Below, piece after piece: positions 51,183 through 64,000 of a stretch of DNA of 64,000 nt. Under the pieces are notes generated by a model. The model was given only the letters and a program-made list of their open reading frames with translations, was not told where the DNA came from and did no database searches. Every line of letters starts with the position of its first letter. The first letter of the stretch is position 1. The DNA comes from Selaginella moellendorffii (taxonomy: Eukaryota > Plantae > Lycopodiophyta), in NCBI RefSeq assembly GCF_000143415.4, contig NW_003314402.1:11804-75803 (forward strand). Direction: 5' to 3'. The position numbers and the translations under genes were made by a program.

Positions 51183-54100
51183 TTACTTGGAGGGAAAATT
51201 ATCGACATGAACGGGATCTATCTTATCAGCCGGAAGAAACCCTCCAATTAAACGTGCAAAGAAGAGCATCTCTTGTTCCAGTGTGTACTTGATATTTTCA
51301 GCCTGCAATGGACACGGGAAATACAATTCAAAACGGAAGAATTTGATTCTAGCGTACCTTTCGGAAGCCATGCTGCTCGCCTTCGTATTCCACCAGTGCA
51401 ACCGGGATGCCTTTGGACTTCACGGCTTCGTAAATCATACGAGCTTGGTTCGGCGGCACCACCTGCATTGTCGCAGTTTAGAAACGCAAAGCTTTTGCTG
51501 TTTACTCGTACCTTGTCATCGAGCCCTTGAAACAGAATAAGCGGGCACGAGAAACGCTCGGGATAGTGAATTGGAGAGCGGTCGTGGAAGGCTTTGGAAT
51601 CTCCTGTAACGACACACGACTTTAGAGAGACAACTGGGAAAGAAATACGCAACGAACCGATAAGGGAAGTCAGGTAGCGTGACTCAAATTTGTGAGTATC
51701 CGTCATAAGGGACTCCAGATCACTCACCTGAAGCATTCACAGGATTAAAGATCACCCAGGAGAAAATAAAATGTACCCCATAGAGAGAAGCACCGGCTTT
51801 AAACGTATCGCGAAAGGCCAGTGCGGCTAGTGTAGTATAACCCCCCGCTGAACGACCATCTATACAGAGCCGACTTTCATCAACCTCACCAGAGGCTACC
51901 TGAAGGTTGAAAGATCAAACAACAGAGCAGAAAAAGGGAGAATAGTTACCAGATGTGATGCACAGCTGCAGCAATCACCAACGTCCACGATTCCCCACTT
52001 TCCATTCAGCCTTTCCCTGTATTGTCTCCCGTAACCTTCACAGACGAATATCAGTTCCCATGGAATAAAATCAAATCAATGATACCTGTACTTCCGCCAT
52101 AGTTTACGTCCGCAAAAGCCCAGCCACGACTTGTCCAAAATTGAATGGCTAACTGCAAGGTTGTGTCCGACTCCGCCGTAGGTCCACCTGTGCAAGACAA
52201 AAACATTAGAACGCTCCTTATGGATCGAAAATGAATTAGACCGTGAGATCGCACTAGAAGCGGAGGCTTCTCTTCCGGCGGGGCTTCGTAGTCTCCATTA
52301 GATGGTGGATAGAAGTTGACGAATGCAGTCTCCCCAGGAACTTCAGTAGGGAACTCGATAATCCTTGGAACACTGATGTACTCTTGATATTTATCTAAGT
52401 CCATTGCTTCTGAGGACCAGATGATTGAACCAGGATCTGCGTCCGAGTTTTTCAGATCCATCTGTTCATTAAGCATGAATTTCAAATGGTCAAGACTAAA
52501 AACAATCTAATACCTTTACGATAGAAACTGGATGCTTTGGAGACCCAGCACTCATTAGTAAGGTGTCACCACTTACTGCCTGCAGACATTGTAAGTGACA
52601 AAGAAGCAGTGGCTCTTGAAAACATCATACCAGATTATAAATTGCATCGAACGGGGTTTCTACTGGATAGATGGACCTAGAAGGAGATATATCCACTATC
52701 GCTAACCGTGAATTTCCACGTTCCCTGGAAAAGAAAAAACAAAAAAAACAAAAAATCGCAGGGTCACTCTCGGTTAAGGAAAATCCAAGCACCACCTATA
52801 TGTGCAGATAATACGTGTTCCTAAAGAAGAATTAAAGAATCCGTAGGAACTGTTGCCAAAGATCCATGCCGGTCTTGTAAATTCCGCGTCTAGAGAGTAC
52901 ACCGGCTCGCATTTGTTCTCGCTTTCAACCTGGTCAAGGCGATATATAGTGCTCCACAGATAGAAAAGAATGTGCCTACCCAATGATACAGGTTCCAAAA
53001 ACCTCTTCCTCTGTCAGATGCAAAGAAGAGTTCCCCTGAAACCAAAAATTAATGTTTCAGAGACAATGCACAAAGTTCAGATACCTTCGGGAGACCATTT
53101 AGGTTCTGTAACAGCTTCTTTTGCACCGTCGTTTCCAGCTACACAAACTCTTTTTGTTATTTTCCTGCAGGCAACGCCTTTAGAAAGGAAAAAAGAGCAA
53201 AAACACTAACCCGTCTTTGCCGATGTCGCCAACGTAGAGATAAGTAGAGTCCCAAGGCATGTTTGGATGGGACCATTCAATCCAGGCTAGCTTACGGCCG
53301 TCGGGACTCAGTCTGGGAAAAGCATAAAAATCATTCCCAGAGACGAGAACTTCCGGTTCTGCAGAAAACCACCGATGTACACAGATGAACAAATGCCTGC
53401 TGAGAATCCAAGGAACTTACCAGCAAGAGCGGTACTTTTCAGATCAACGCTAACTATATCATTCACCGGTTCCTTTCCTTGTCTATGATCTACAAAACAT
53501 TAGAAACAGCAATGCACTGCAAAGAAACTTGAAAATCCATTGTGAGTACCTTCACGAACAGTGATATATCGACCTCGACTAATATCGAACCTCCCATCAG
53601 CATAGCGTACAACTGGACCTTCATAAGCTGGGGTAAGAGGAACCGGAGAACGCTCTGTCCATCACAGCTCTAAAATCAGAAAGATACATAGGAAAAAGAA
53701 GGAAAAAAAGCTTAGCTTACCTCCAATCAAAGACTGCCTGTAAAGACGCTGATCGGAGAAGTTTGAGAACACAGCGGTCTCTCCCTCCACTGTAAATGCT
53801 CCGCCACCATACTCATGGACGGTGGAACGAACATTAAATCCAGAAGGAGTGATATCTTCCACTCGCCCATTCCCATCCTTCTTTACAAGAACGCATCGCC
53901 TGTAAACAAGGAAGAAAATCCTCATTTCTAAGCGCTAGAGATCTTTGTAGAGAAAATGAAAATGCATGCTCTCAACTGAGAAAAACTAGAGTGTTCCTTG
54001 CAATGCTGATGCTATAGACGCCTACCCGGCTTCCGCTGGCCTTCCTTCCACGCAGAGAAGATTTCCATTCGCATCGGTCGCGAACCCTCCAAGGCGCAGT

Positions 54101-54315
54101 GATGCTCCCGACACGACCTCGGCGGTGAAGGGAGATTTCCAGGAGCCGAATGGAGCTTGCGTCTTTTTCTTGCTATCATCCGCCATCGCCGCGCTCCCTG
54201 CGAAGGACCTCGCGACCACAAACCTAAATATTGCGCTCCTCGCCGGAGGGGAAATAGTTCTAGGAAATAACGAGGAAGAACACATCGTGCTCATTCTTGC
54301 TATAGCTAGTACCAA
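51183..54315 (-). CDS. Prolyl oligopeptidase family (S9C) peptidase, many short introns
   Basis: [23 protein letters not shown], catalytic [14 protein letters not shown] (Asp) and EGEQHGFR (His). Confidence 0.92.
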
Positions 54316-56139
54316 ATATTTAGGGCATTGTCGCTAGCTACCGTGGAATCCGCTCTAACTTTGATCTAGCATAGCTGGAGGAGATTCACTTATTCTACGT
54401 GAAAGCTTTTTAAGATGTTTTCTTGGATGATTCGCATTCTTATTTTGCTACAACGATCATGGAGGTTTCTTTCGCTTGTAGAACACTTCAGGGGTCTTCC
54501 AATGGGGCGCATTGCAACGCCATGATTGAGAATGATTACCAGGATTGCAACTATTATGAGATGCAGTTCTTCATCATGGCGAAAGAAAGCAAGTGTGGAA
54601 ACTCTTGAAGAAATGAAGAGACACACATTTTTATAGGGATTAGTTTGTTCTATACAAGAAAGAAGCTATGACGCCGTGCTGGCCTGTTTGATTGAGTTGG
54701 ACATTGCTTCAGTTGGTCAAAATCTTTAGTCAAAAACACTGCTTAAGTCAACGGCACTGTAACATTCCGTCAGATCCATTCAAAACACTATGTTTGTGCT
54801 ACTTACCCATATCTTTCGTGCCTGGAGCTCTCTGTTCAAAGTCATCAGGCACAATCTTCCTAAGCACTTCTTAGTGTGATCATATTCTTCTTCCATGTTT
54901 TTCTCTCCATTAATGATTGTAAAATACATCTTGCTGTTGGGAAAGGCTTGTCTTCCTGGAAGATCTTGCACAACGCCTCCACTAAGAGGGAGTTCATGCT
55001 ACTGTGACAATTTCATCTATATGTAGAAGCCCCAAGCCTCATCCATCATCCTCATCTTGGTTGTAACCACATCTCCTTGTAAAGGAAAAGTATCCTTTAA
55101 TGAAGCAATTTTGTCTTCATTAATCATCAAAGGCTTTAGCCTTTATAAGCATTATATGCTATAGATAAATTTTTATTCTTGAATTTTATGAATTTATATT
55201 AATTCAGATACATAACCATGCATGTTTTGCCTATGCATTGACAATTGTATAACAAAATTTAATAATATATCAATATGTCAAAATTTAGTAGCTCAAAGAA
55301 GAATAAAGATTGCTTTCTATTAATTAATAATTTTTGGTGGTTCAATTGCATGTTAAAAATTGATGTCATTATTTCGGTGGTCTATTTCATTGCAGTAAGA
55401 TTGTATGGTTTTAAATCAGTATTTTAGTAGTAAATTTGTATATGATAACTTGAAAATACTTCTTAAATTAAAGTTTTAATAATAAATTTACATAAAAGAT
55501 CAAAAATGTAGATATTGGATTAGAAGGCCAGCTCAAGATTTATTTGGAAACAAAACTTTTAACTATTACATATCATAAAATATATTTAAATATTCTAAAA
55601 ATATAGAATTAATTACTCCTTAAATTTTTTACTATCCTTAACAAAATTAAATTTTGATAAAAGCAAAATAAAAACGTTTTTAATAATGATAAGACTAAAT
55701 ACTTTAAAATATAAGAATTATATGGCTAAATATTTTACTCTTAACTTTTTATTATTAATTCCCTAATATCATTAATATATCATGATGATCCAAAATTTTA
55801 TTTTCTAAATAACATAAATTATATTTATGTGTAAAATTATTAATTTTATTGACAAATTAATAAATTTTATTCATCAACCTCTTCAGTATGAAGACATAAG
55901 TGTTTTCAATGATAATTATTTAAATCTCATACATATATCATTCAGTCCAATTACAAAATATGTTATATGTGATTACTAAAATATTATAAACTTAACTTAA
56001 GGAGTTGTGGAAAAAAGTTAGTCCAAAGATTAAACTTTATCTATTGAATTGTACTTTTAACTAGTGGGACTACTATTATAAAAATTTCATATTTCATTCA
56101 TATGTCATTCTTTGATTGATGGTCTTTTGCATCTCACCA

Positions 56140-56770
56140 ACAACACATGACCGGATATTGCTTTTCCAGTTTCGTTCTTGAGCCGGTTTAGTTTGTCACT
56201 TACTTCAGTTCATTGGCAGGCTGCTAAACGGGTTCACCGGTATCTGGCTGATACTGTTGACTATGATCTTGTTTACAGGCACACCGGTGCTGAGACACTG
56301 ATCCTTCAAGCTTATGCTGATGCTGATTGGGCAAGTGACCAGGACTCAAGACACTCAACTACCGGGATCTGTTGTATCCTGAGCAGTGCACCAGTTTCCT
56401 GGACAAGCAAAAAACAAGCAACTATTGCTTTATCAAGTACTGAGGCAGAATATGTGGCAACATCTTTTGCTACTCGAGAAGTGGTTTGTTTACGTCATAT
56501 GCTGCATGAGCTCCACCAAGACCAACGTTCCCCAACGATGCTCTTTTGTGACAACAAGAGCGCTATTCAACTAGCTAAGAACCTGGTTTTTTATGCTCGG
56601 TCTAAACACATCGAGCTACAACATCATTTTATTCGGGAGAAGGTAGCTTCAGGAGAAATTCTACTTGAGTTTCTCCCGACTTCTCGACAGCTAGCAGATA
56701 TCTTCACCAAAGCTTTACCGGAGGGGCAGTTTGTCAAACTCCGAGATGTTTTGAACATCTCAGTGTTTGA
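56140..56770 (+). mobile_element. Ty1/Copia RT C-terminus/RNase H fragment
   Basis: YADADWA, SSTEAEY, CDNKSAI, RSKHIE, QLADIFTKAL. Confidence 0.92.
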
Positions 56771-57593
56771 ATACCACGTAATGGTGCAGCTTCGAGGTAA
56801 GATCCTTGCAGACACCTGGAGATCATGCGTGGTCTCACTGGCTGGATATTTACCTAATGTGTAAATAGAAAGCGGGTTGCTTTCTCGCTATGCTTTCGAT
56901 TTCTTCTAATGAAATGCTTGAATTTTGCTCCTAATTATCAGCTTCTAAAACTCCTCCACAGGCAAGTCCCTCCGATCCAGAGAACTTCCCTTTCATTGTT
57001 CTTGGCATATCTAGTTACTACTAGTAGTACGCAAATTCTTGTGTTTGTATTATTAAATTTTCTTTGTTTCTAATGGATTGCTAGTTGACAAGAATTGGGT
57101 CACAACATGCCTAGTTTTTCTCGATTCCACAAGTCTGGGTGGAAAGTGAAGGCTGTGATTGACACTGCATCACAAGAGTTTCCAATCCTTGGCAGCTATG
57201 CAACTTCGAAGCTGTGCAACCTTTCATTGTCTTATTCAGCCGCCAACTTCATTGTCCAAAAGTATGGGGAATGTGGCGATGTGGATGGCTTGCACGAACC
57301 AAACCAATCAGGATCGAGAGAGATCGCTACATTGATCTCGAAAAGTGCATATTCTTAATATTGTTATGTTTTCCATATTTTACCATTTATTCTATACACC
57401 AGGTTTTAAAATACTCAAAACCACGAAAGTAAAGTAATATCGATTTGTAAGAAAAAAAAGAAACTGTTTCTTCTCCAAACGCTGCTGACGCTGTGAAATC
57501 TCTGTTTTCGTTTTTTCTGCTTGTGATGCAAAATAGTGTAGCATTTGCGCAGACCTTCAAGAACCCAATCGATGTCCACTGAAGGAGCAAGGT

Positions 57594-60500
57594 TTAATCC
57601 CTGAATTTTATCTGGACATCCGGCCGCTCCTCAAGCCATGGTGGAACTTTCGTACCTTTTTGGCAGTGTAGGGCTTTGAGCCTGGGAAATAAGCCAAGGC
57701 CGTGATTGTCTGAACTCAATTGGGACCACACTACATCATCATGATCAGAGAGCACAAGTGTCTCCAATCCTGGAAGGGATGCAACGGATGATGGAATATT
57801 TTCGATCCTATCCAAGGTTACATCTCTTAGAGCAGTCATCTGGTCTGTTGGCTCAAAGAAATCATTGGGGAGCTGCCTCATACAGCCCTTCCGCAAAGAT
57901 AATGTGAACCGTTCCACCTTCAGCTGTGATCTCTCGGTTGGCATCAAGAGTCTCCTCATGTAACCTTCTACTCTCAGTTCACCAAGGTCTTTGGGGAGTT
58001 GTGTCATAAAGGGAGGCAAATGCTCCCATGTATTATCAGGAGCCAGATAGAATGTTAAACTCTTCAGGTTTGGAAGACTTGCTGCCAAATCATCCTTGAA
58101 CTCCGACTGTGCAATGTGCAGATTTCGAAGCTCCAGATGTTTATCCAGACTGAAGAACTGGATACCACTGCAGTCTAGGTAAAGTTCTTGTAGCCATCGA
58201 AAGCCCTTTAACCAAGACAGATCTTTCATTGTCTCATTGTTTGTGATACTTAAAAATTGTAGCTGTGGCCATTCAAGGCTTTCGGCATTGTTTTCACCGT
58301 CTTGTACCCCGTTAATCGAAAAGTGTTGAAGCTGTTTGGAATTCTTAAACATTGGCTTCCAGTCAAGTTTGATAGTCGATTTCACCCTAATATAACATTG
58401 TTTCAGATTGACAAGTTGCCACAGGCCGGTGAAATCGGCAAAGTCCATGCTCTTTGCCTTCAACAGCAGTATCTCAATGTTCTCTAGTGCACCAGGTATT
58501 TTTATTGTTGCATTGTCGAGCTTTAGCGATAAATGTCTTAGCTTGTGTAGGCTTGAAATTCCACTCAAATCCACAGCCACAGCTAACTCCTTACAAGATT
58601 CAAGCTCCAGGCATGGGAACGATCCATCCAGACTGAAGAACTGGATACCACTGCAGTCTAGGTAAAGTTCTCGTAGCCATTGAAAGCCCTTTAACCAAGA
58701 CAGGTCTTTCATTGTCTCATTGTTTATGATGGATAAAAATTGTAGCTGTGGCCATTCAAGGCTTTCGGCATTGTTTTCACCGTCTTGTACCCCATTAATG
58801 GTAAAGTTCTCAAGCTGTTTGGAATTCTTAAACATTCGCTTCCAGTCAAGTTTGATAGTCGATTGCACCCCAATGTGACATCGTCTTAGATTGACAAGTT
58901 GCCACAGGCCGGTGAAATCGCCAAAGTCCATGCTCTTTGCATACAACTCCAGTGTCTCAATGTCCTTTAGTGCACCAAGGCTGTGAGGTATCTTTATCGC
59001 AGACAAGAATTGTAGATATAAATGTCTTAGCTTGTGTAGGCTTGAAATTCCACTCAAATCCACAGCTAACTCCTTATCGGAATGAAGCTCCAGCTCTTCC
59101 AAGTTGAATAATTGGGGCAGTAATGCAAAGTTGAATTTTCTAATCCCATTGCATTTCAAAACCTTCAGTGATGTCAAGCTGAAGAGCGCATCTGGGAATA
59201 TTGTCGTCACAAATACAAATCGAAGGTCAAGCACTTGAAGGTTTCTCAGCTTGGATATGCTCTCTGGAATAAAACGGACCAAATCCCAGGAACTCCTCAA
59301 GCTCAATACCTTGACATTTTGGATGTGATCTATAATAAGACTGTCATCCATTACTTTACATCCATCGAGAAGCAAGACATCTCGCACATGAATGTCAGAC
59401 AAAAGGCTGCTTGTAACGTTCTTTCCAATGAATGAAACTTTAGAAAATGTTGGAGAAATCCCAGGTGGACAATCATAGCCAAACAGGCATCCCTTCTCGT
59501 GCTCTTCCTGGGGTGGGTACTTCCCTTTCAAGATTCTTATGCACAGCTTGCGTACCATATCGTGCACAGTTACATACTTATACCATCGATCATCAGTTGT
59601 CTTCACTAGGCATCTTCGTTCCAGTTCACTAACAATCTGCAGAGGCGAGAGTTCTGACCCAACCGCTATCCAACATTTTCTCAGATCAGCAAACTGGATT
59701 CGCTTATCTTCTGGAAACGCAGCCACATAGAGAAAGCACTCTTGCAGCTTTTCATCCTTATTAAAGCGTCCCAGCTCGTCATAGCTAAACTTCAAGCGCT
59801 GGAACATCCGCTTCTGAATGTCCTCGTTATTCAACAAATGCATCTTCTGATAGCGTTCTTTCCACACCTGTGGCCCCTCATTCCTGTAGACAGCCATGGC
59901 ACTGCCAATCACTTCATGAGCTATTCTCTCGGCAACTTTCACGATGTCCGGATCACTAGGTAGTGAATCATAAAAGACAAACTTCCAAAACATCTTTTTG
60001 CTCTCGGCCTCTGATAGCTCATGCACAGGAAATGCCTTTGCACCCAGCATGCTCAAAATGCCTTCCTTTCTGGTTGTTACCAGCACCCGGCTGTAAGAGG
60101 ACGGCCCTGCTATAAAATCCAGTCCTTTTGCCCAGCTCGTGTTCCACACATCATCCAGTATCAACAAGACATGGTTGCCACGAGCAACATTTTGTGCCAT
60201 CTGTTGCACATGCTCAAGGGTGCCTGCATTTTGGGCCCTCTCTTTCCAAGAGCGTTGAGGAGCTGGGCCCTGAGATCATCCTCCGATGCATCTTTCTTGA
60301 CAGTGATCCATACAATGTTGTCATGGAAATGCTGCCGGACCCTCTGGTCATTGTGCACGAAGCTTGCAAGGGTGGTCTTGCCACACCCTGCCATTCCCAG
60401 GAGTCCAAACCATTTCCCCGGGGCTTGTGGATCCAGGAGGGCATTCACCACCTCATCCACCTGCTCCCCATGGCGGCCAAACATGTTGTTGGCCTCGGGA

Positions 60501-61325
60501 ACACCACGCCGTACATAGTTTACGAGACCTCTGTCTGGTGGACAACTCCGTACGGAAAAGCTGGTGCTCGGCCGTATCACTCTCAACTCTTCTCGCTCGT
60601 ACCTTTCAATGTGCGGGAGGAGATCGTTGTCGCAAGTGCGTACCAGCTCCGAAATCGCGCCAGATCGCTTCTCCCTGCGCGACAGATCCATCTTTTAGCT
60701 CCATTGCTTCAAACATGAATTCGAATAAGCCTTACTGTGATCCAAGCAGCGCTTGCGCCTTCTTAGTCCATTCAGTCAGTTCAGTCAGCCACGCCTCAGC
60801 CTCACCAGAGTAGCGGAAATCTGGATTCCTGTGCTTGGGAGCATTAAACTTGTCAAGCGTGGCCTGGATTCTGGATGCCCTCTTCTTTAGCTCCTCAATG
60901 TGGACATTCAGCTCATGCTCGTGACCTTGGATCTGCGACAGGAGATCGCCGTAGGCACTTAAGGACTTCGCGATCTCGTTACTCCGCTTGTACCAGCTGC
61001 CTGCCATTTCTACACACACACAAAAGATAAAATGCTACTGTACCGACCGCCTTATGGGGCTCCAGATCCTGTTGTGGCGTGATCCCAAGAGTGCTTGTGC
61101 CGTGGTGTTCCATTTCCTGACACGCTCCAAGCATTCCTCGGCCGCTTGAGAGAACGTGAAGCCAGGATTCTGCTGCTTGTGATCACTGAAAGCGTTGATC
61201 TTGTGCCGGATGTGGGGCGCCTTGTTCTCCAGCGTTTCAATGTTGGCATTGCAGTCCCATATCTTCTTAGCAGGGCGCAGAGCCAAGCCACACAAGGCGC
61301 TTGCCAAGGAGCCCACAACCTCCAT
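57594..61325 (-). pseudogene. NB-ARC-LRR (NLR) immune receptor with duplicated N-terminal helical domain; disrupted
   Basis: P-loop GMAGCGKTT, kinase-2 LILDDVW, RNBS-B SRVLVTTR, CFLYVAAFPED, VHD and LRRs. GLPL motif absent. Frameshift near 60240 and stops at 61035 and 60732. Confidence 0.85.
58143..59093. repeat. Tandem duplication within the LRR region (483-bp period)
   Basis: ATCCAGACTGAAGAACTGGATACC at 58143 and 58626, with near-identical downstream sequence. Confidence 0.93.
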
Positions 61326-61479
61326 GCCTGTAGACCTACAAGTAACTTGCAATGCCAGCTGTGGCTCTCTCTCTCTCTCTCTCTCTCATACACAAAATAG
61401 CTGGGAGGCCTTGACAGATTTTTGCACAAACCAAACCAGTTCTCGTGGAACATCTTGCTGCGAACGTATGTTGCAAATC

Positions 61480-62600
61480 GTAGGATGCCCCCGATTCCAT
61501 GGGAACAGGTTTATGGATGAGGAAGAGAAGCTGTTTGATTCGATCGCTTCTCGTGAAATATTATGATCAAGGGGCTCGACTTCGCAAAGAGGAAAGATGC
61601 TATCTCTTCTGGCAGCACCTGCTCGAATAAGGCATTTGGAAGAAGCAAAAACTCTCCTTTTAATGCGATGCCTCGGAGGAAAAACGTGCTTGAAAGAAAC
61701 ACAATGATTGTCAACCATACGCTCTCAAAGAGCCTATTTGACCAGAGCCATACAGGAATCTTGTGTCTTGGGCAGGCATGCTACAACGCATCTTTAAATG
61801 AAGGTGGAAGTTGCAACTTCGATGATGCCGAACTAAAACTCTCTCTCATAACTCTGGCTCCCTCTCTCTCTCTCTCCCTCTGTGTCTCTCTCTTTCTCTC
61901 TCAATAATAACGTTTTGAGCAGCTGTTCTTCCATCCAGGCATTTGCTGTATTCGTTCATCTTTGCATAAACCCCAGCGACCTTCACGACATAAGAGCTAG
62001 ATTGATTCACGGTGAGCACTGCAACGATTGCTACCTCGCCAATCTCATCGTCCAAAAGTATGGGGAGCTGTGGGGTGCTCGACGGATGTTCGCTGGAACA
62101 TCTTTCTGGGAAAAATCGGTTGAGCGGAGATCCAAGAGGGATGTGGTCGCATGGAACTTGATCCTTGCAGCATATGCCTAAAACGCTCAGTCAAAAGAGA
62201 TGTTTCTTTAGTTGATCGAGGAATGTTTTGATCATGGTGGGTTTGTGGTTGCCAGGAAGCAGCACTTGCCGGGACCAGGCATTGGAAGATGCAACAGTTT
62301 TCGTTGACGGGATGCCTCAAGAAGATGTGCGCGCAAGAAAAACAATGATCATTCTTTGTTTTACGAACAGAAAACCTTGAGCACGCAAAGTACTTGTGTC
62401 TTGGGCCTGTTTGAGAGTATGAGGCATCGTCTTGTCTCTTGTACGGCGTTGATGCAGGCGGTTTGAAATAGATGGCTCCTCTGCCGATCTTTGATGGGAT
62501 CATGGCGATCTTGTCACCGACGTCTTGAAAGATCTTAGATTCGATCCACGATCGCCCCGTCGCCTCCTGGAACGCGATCATGGCGATGGGTGCTGCATAT
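61480..62600 (+). pseudogene. PLS-class PPR gene fragments
   Basis: CYLANLIVQKYGE, RDVVAWNLILAAYA, SIHDRPVASWNAIM. A similar fragment NFIVQKYGECGDV lies at ~57240. Confidence 0.6.
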
Positions 62601-62728
62601 CATTCTATTCCCACCCGGACGTGATCTGCAATTGATTGGGACTTAGTTTCCCGCGCTATCGTCTTTACTTCTCCATTCTAGGGTTCTTTCTTGGAGGGGA
62701 TGTAGGTTTTTAATTGCCCGCGTGATCG

Positions 62729-64000
62729 ATGCGGCTTGCCGGCGGAGAAGGCTCAGAAATCCCCAGCGCCGTCTCCTTGACAACGAAAGCTTTCGGGCCG
62801 TGCGGGATGTCCTTGGCAGCGATGTCTGCGACATGGATCTCGTCCACGCGCTACACTTGGCGAGGAACGATTTGCAAGTGGCCGCCCACATTGTGCTCGA
62901 CACTCCGGGTTTTAGAAATAGGAAGAGGTTCCAGCGTAAGGCTCCGACGAGCAGTGCCAAGGCGAGGAACCCCAGCGTTGGTAGGGAGTTCTAGATCTAC
63001 GGTGACAACAAAGGCCCCTACGGCAAAATGTTCCATCGGCAGTGGATCGCCAAAAACTCCTGCAAAAGCTGAGGCTTCTAGGACAGCAAAAATTGCCGAG
63101 ATGAGCAATGATAGTGGAGCAGAGGATTTATATGATTCGGGAGTAGAAAGTGGAGCAATCGATGGTGGAGAAGAAGAGGTAAACAAGATCATGACTGGAG
63201 GAGGAAACGATGCCGAGGTGGAAAGAACAACAGTGGTGGAGAGCTCCATTGAGACTGTCAGGAAACATGGCGAGGCTGTTTCTAGCGCCTTAGCTGGACT
63301 TTCAATCAGTGGTAGTGCCTTGACCCACGGTAATCCCGTTAAGATGGAAGCTGGTTGTGGTTCCGTGAAAGCTGAAGCTTCGGTTTCAATCGCAGCTGGA
63401 TGTGATCCTATGAAGATGGAAGATGGAAGCTGGTTTTGAGTCTGCAAGAGCCGAAGCTCCGGTTGGCTCAGTGAAGATGGAACCTGGTTATGATACTGTG
63501 AAAGTTGAAACTCCATTCGGGGGTGGTACAGCTGCCCATTTGTCTGAAGCGAAGGTGGTTCCAATAGAAAATGACACGGCTAAAGCTGCAGAGAAGCAAC
63601 CGGTTGTTTTAGATGCAGAGAGGTGGTGGCTTCTCCAAGAGACTGAAGTTGCCGGGTACTCGACGTCCAGGGGATGCCGGATTCGTGTTGGCGAGTTCGT
63701 GTCCTTCAATTTTCCCAAGCCTGAAGCCGAAAGTAAGAAGAAGTTCTTTGAGCACAAGAAGGTACGGCCGAAAGCGAGCTCCGACATTGTAAGGTTCTTG
63801 ACAAAAGCTGCAGGAGAGGTACGTTTCACTTGACTTGTTTCTTCGTTTTAATTCTAACCATTTGCTCACAGAGAGGACGGCTTCCAGCCGACTGGTGATA
63901 CCTTTGGGAAGTGCAAAATGGCACCAGAGGCTCTTTCTCTTATGAGCAGCATAGTTCTCCATTTGAGGTAGAGTTTTCTGTGTTTACCAGAGACGTTACG
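62729..64000 (+). pseudogene. RAD5: RAD5-like (HIRAN) gene 5' part, apparently disrupted; runs off the window
   Basis: VRDVLGSDVCDMDLVHALHLARND..IVLDTP matches the plant RAD5 N-terminus. WWLL..VAGYSTSRG..IVRFLTK..GE/RGRLP and CKMAPEAL are HIRAN motifs. Spread over three frames, with a stop at 63896. Confidence 0.75.

Noticed and set aside
54390-55100. Short ORFs upstream of the peptidase
   Set aside because: No recognisable domain or consistent exon structure.

Overview
This is gene-dense land-plant nuclear DNA. The very short (about 45-90 nt) GT-AG introns, a Tcn1/Tf1-type chromovirus, an F-A-A-R NIP and scattered PPR fragments point to the lycophyte Selaginella (inference). The left ~26 kb is AT-rich and TE-dominated. 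It holds two Ty3/Gypsy LTR elements, each with both LTRs and a 5-bp TSD, an intronless B-lectin fusion ORF, an NPF pseudogene, a PIF/Harbinger transposase relic and an assembly gap. The right ~38 kb is compact genic sequence: NIP aquaporin, NPF7-type transporter, metallo-beta-lactamase-fold protein, BAHD acyltransferase, two tandem orphan genes, chloroplast RRM protein, beta-tubulin, tRNA-Val plus a tRNA-Ile pseudogene, dynein light chain, F-box/LRR, three S9-peptidase copies (one intact), a Copia relic, a disrupted NLR and a disrupted RAD5-like gene. The most unusual observations are five. (1) A Gypsy element has four zinc knuckles and three tandem aspartic-protease-like domains fused in frame to integrase, with RT/RNase H missing. 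(2) The chromovirus shows sequence evidence of tRNA-independent self-priming. (3) An AT-rich ORF may join a Ulp1/C48-like segment to a B-lectin. (4) An orphan membrane-protein pair has a 53-aa repeat and a YIPPHR tail. (5) Microhomology-bounded deletions and one micro-inversion recur across the window. All calls were made by eye, without database searches.
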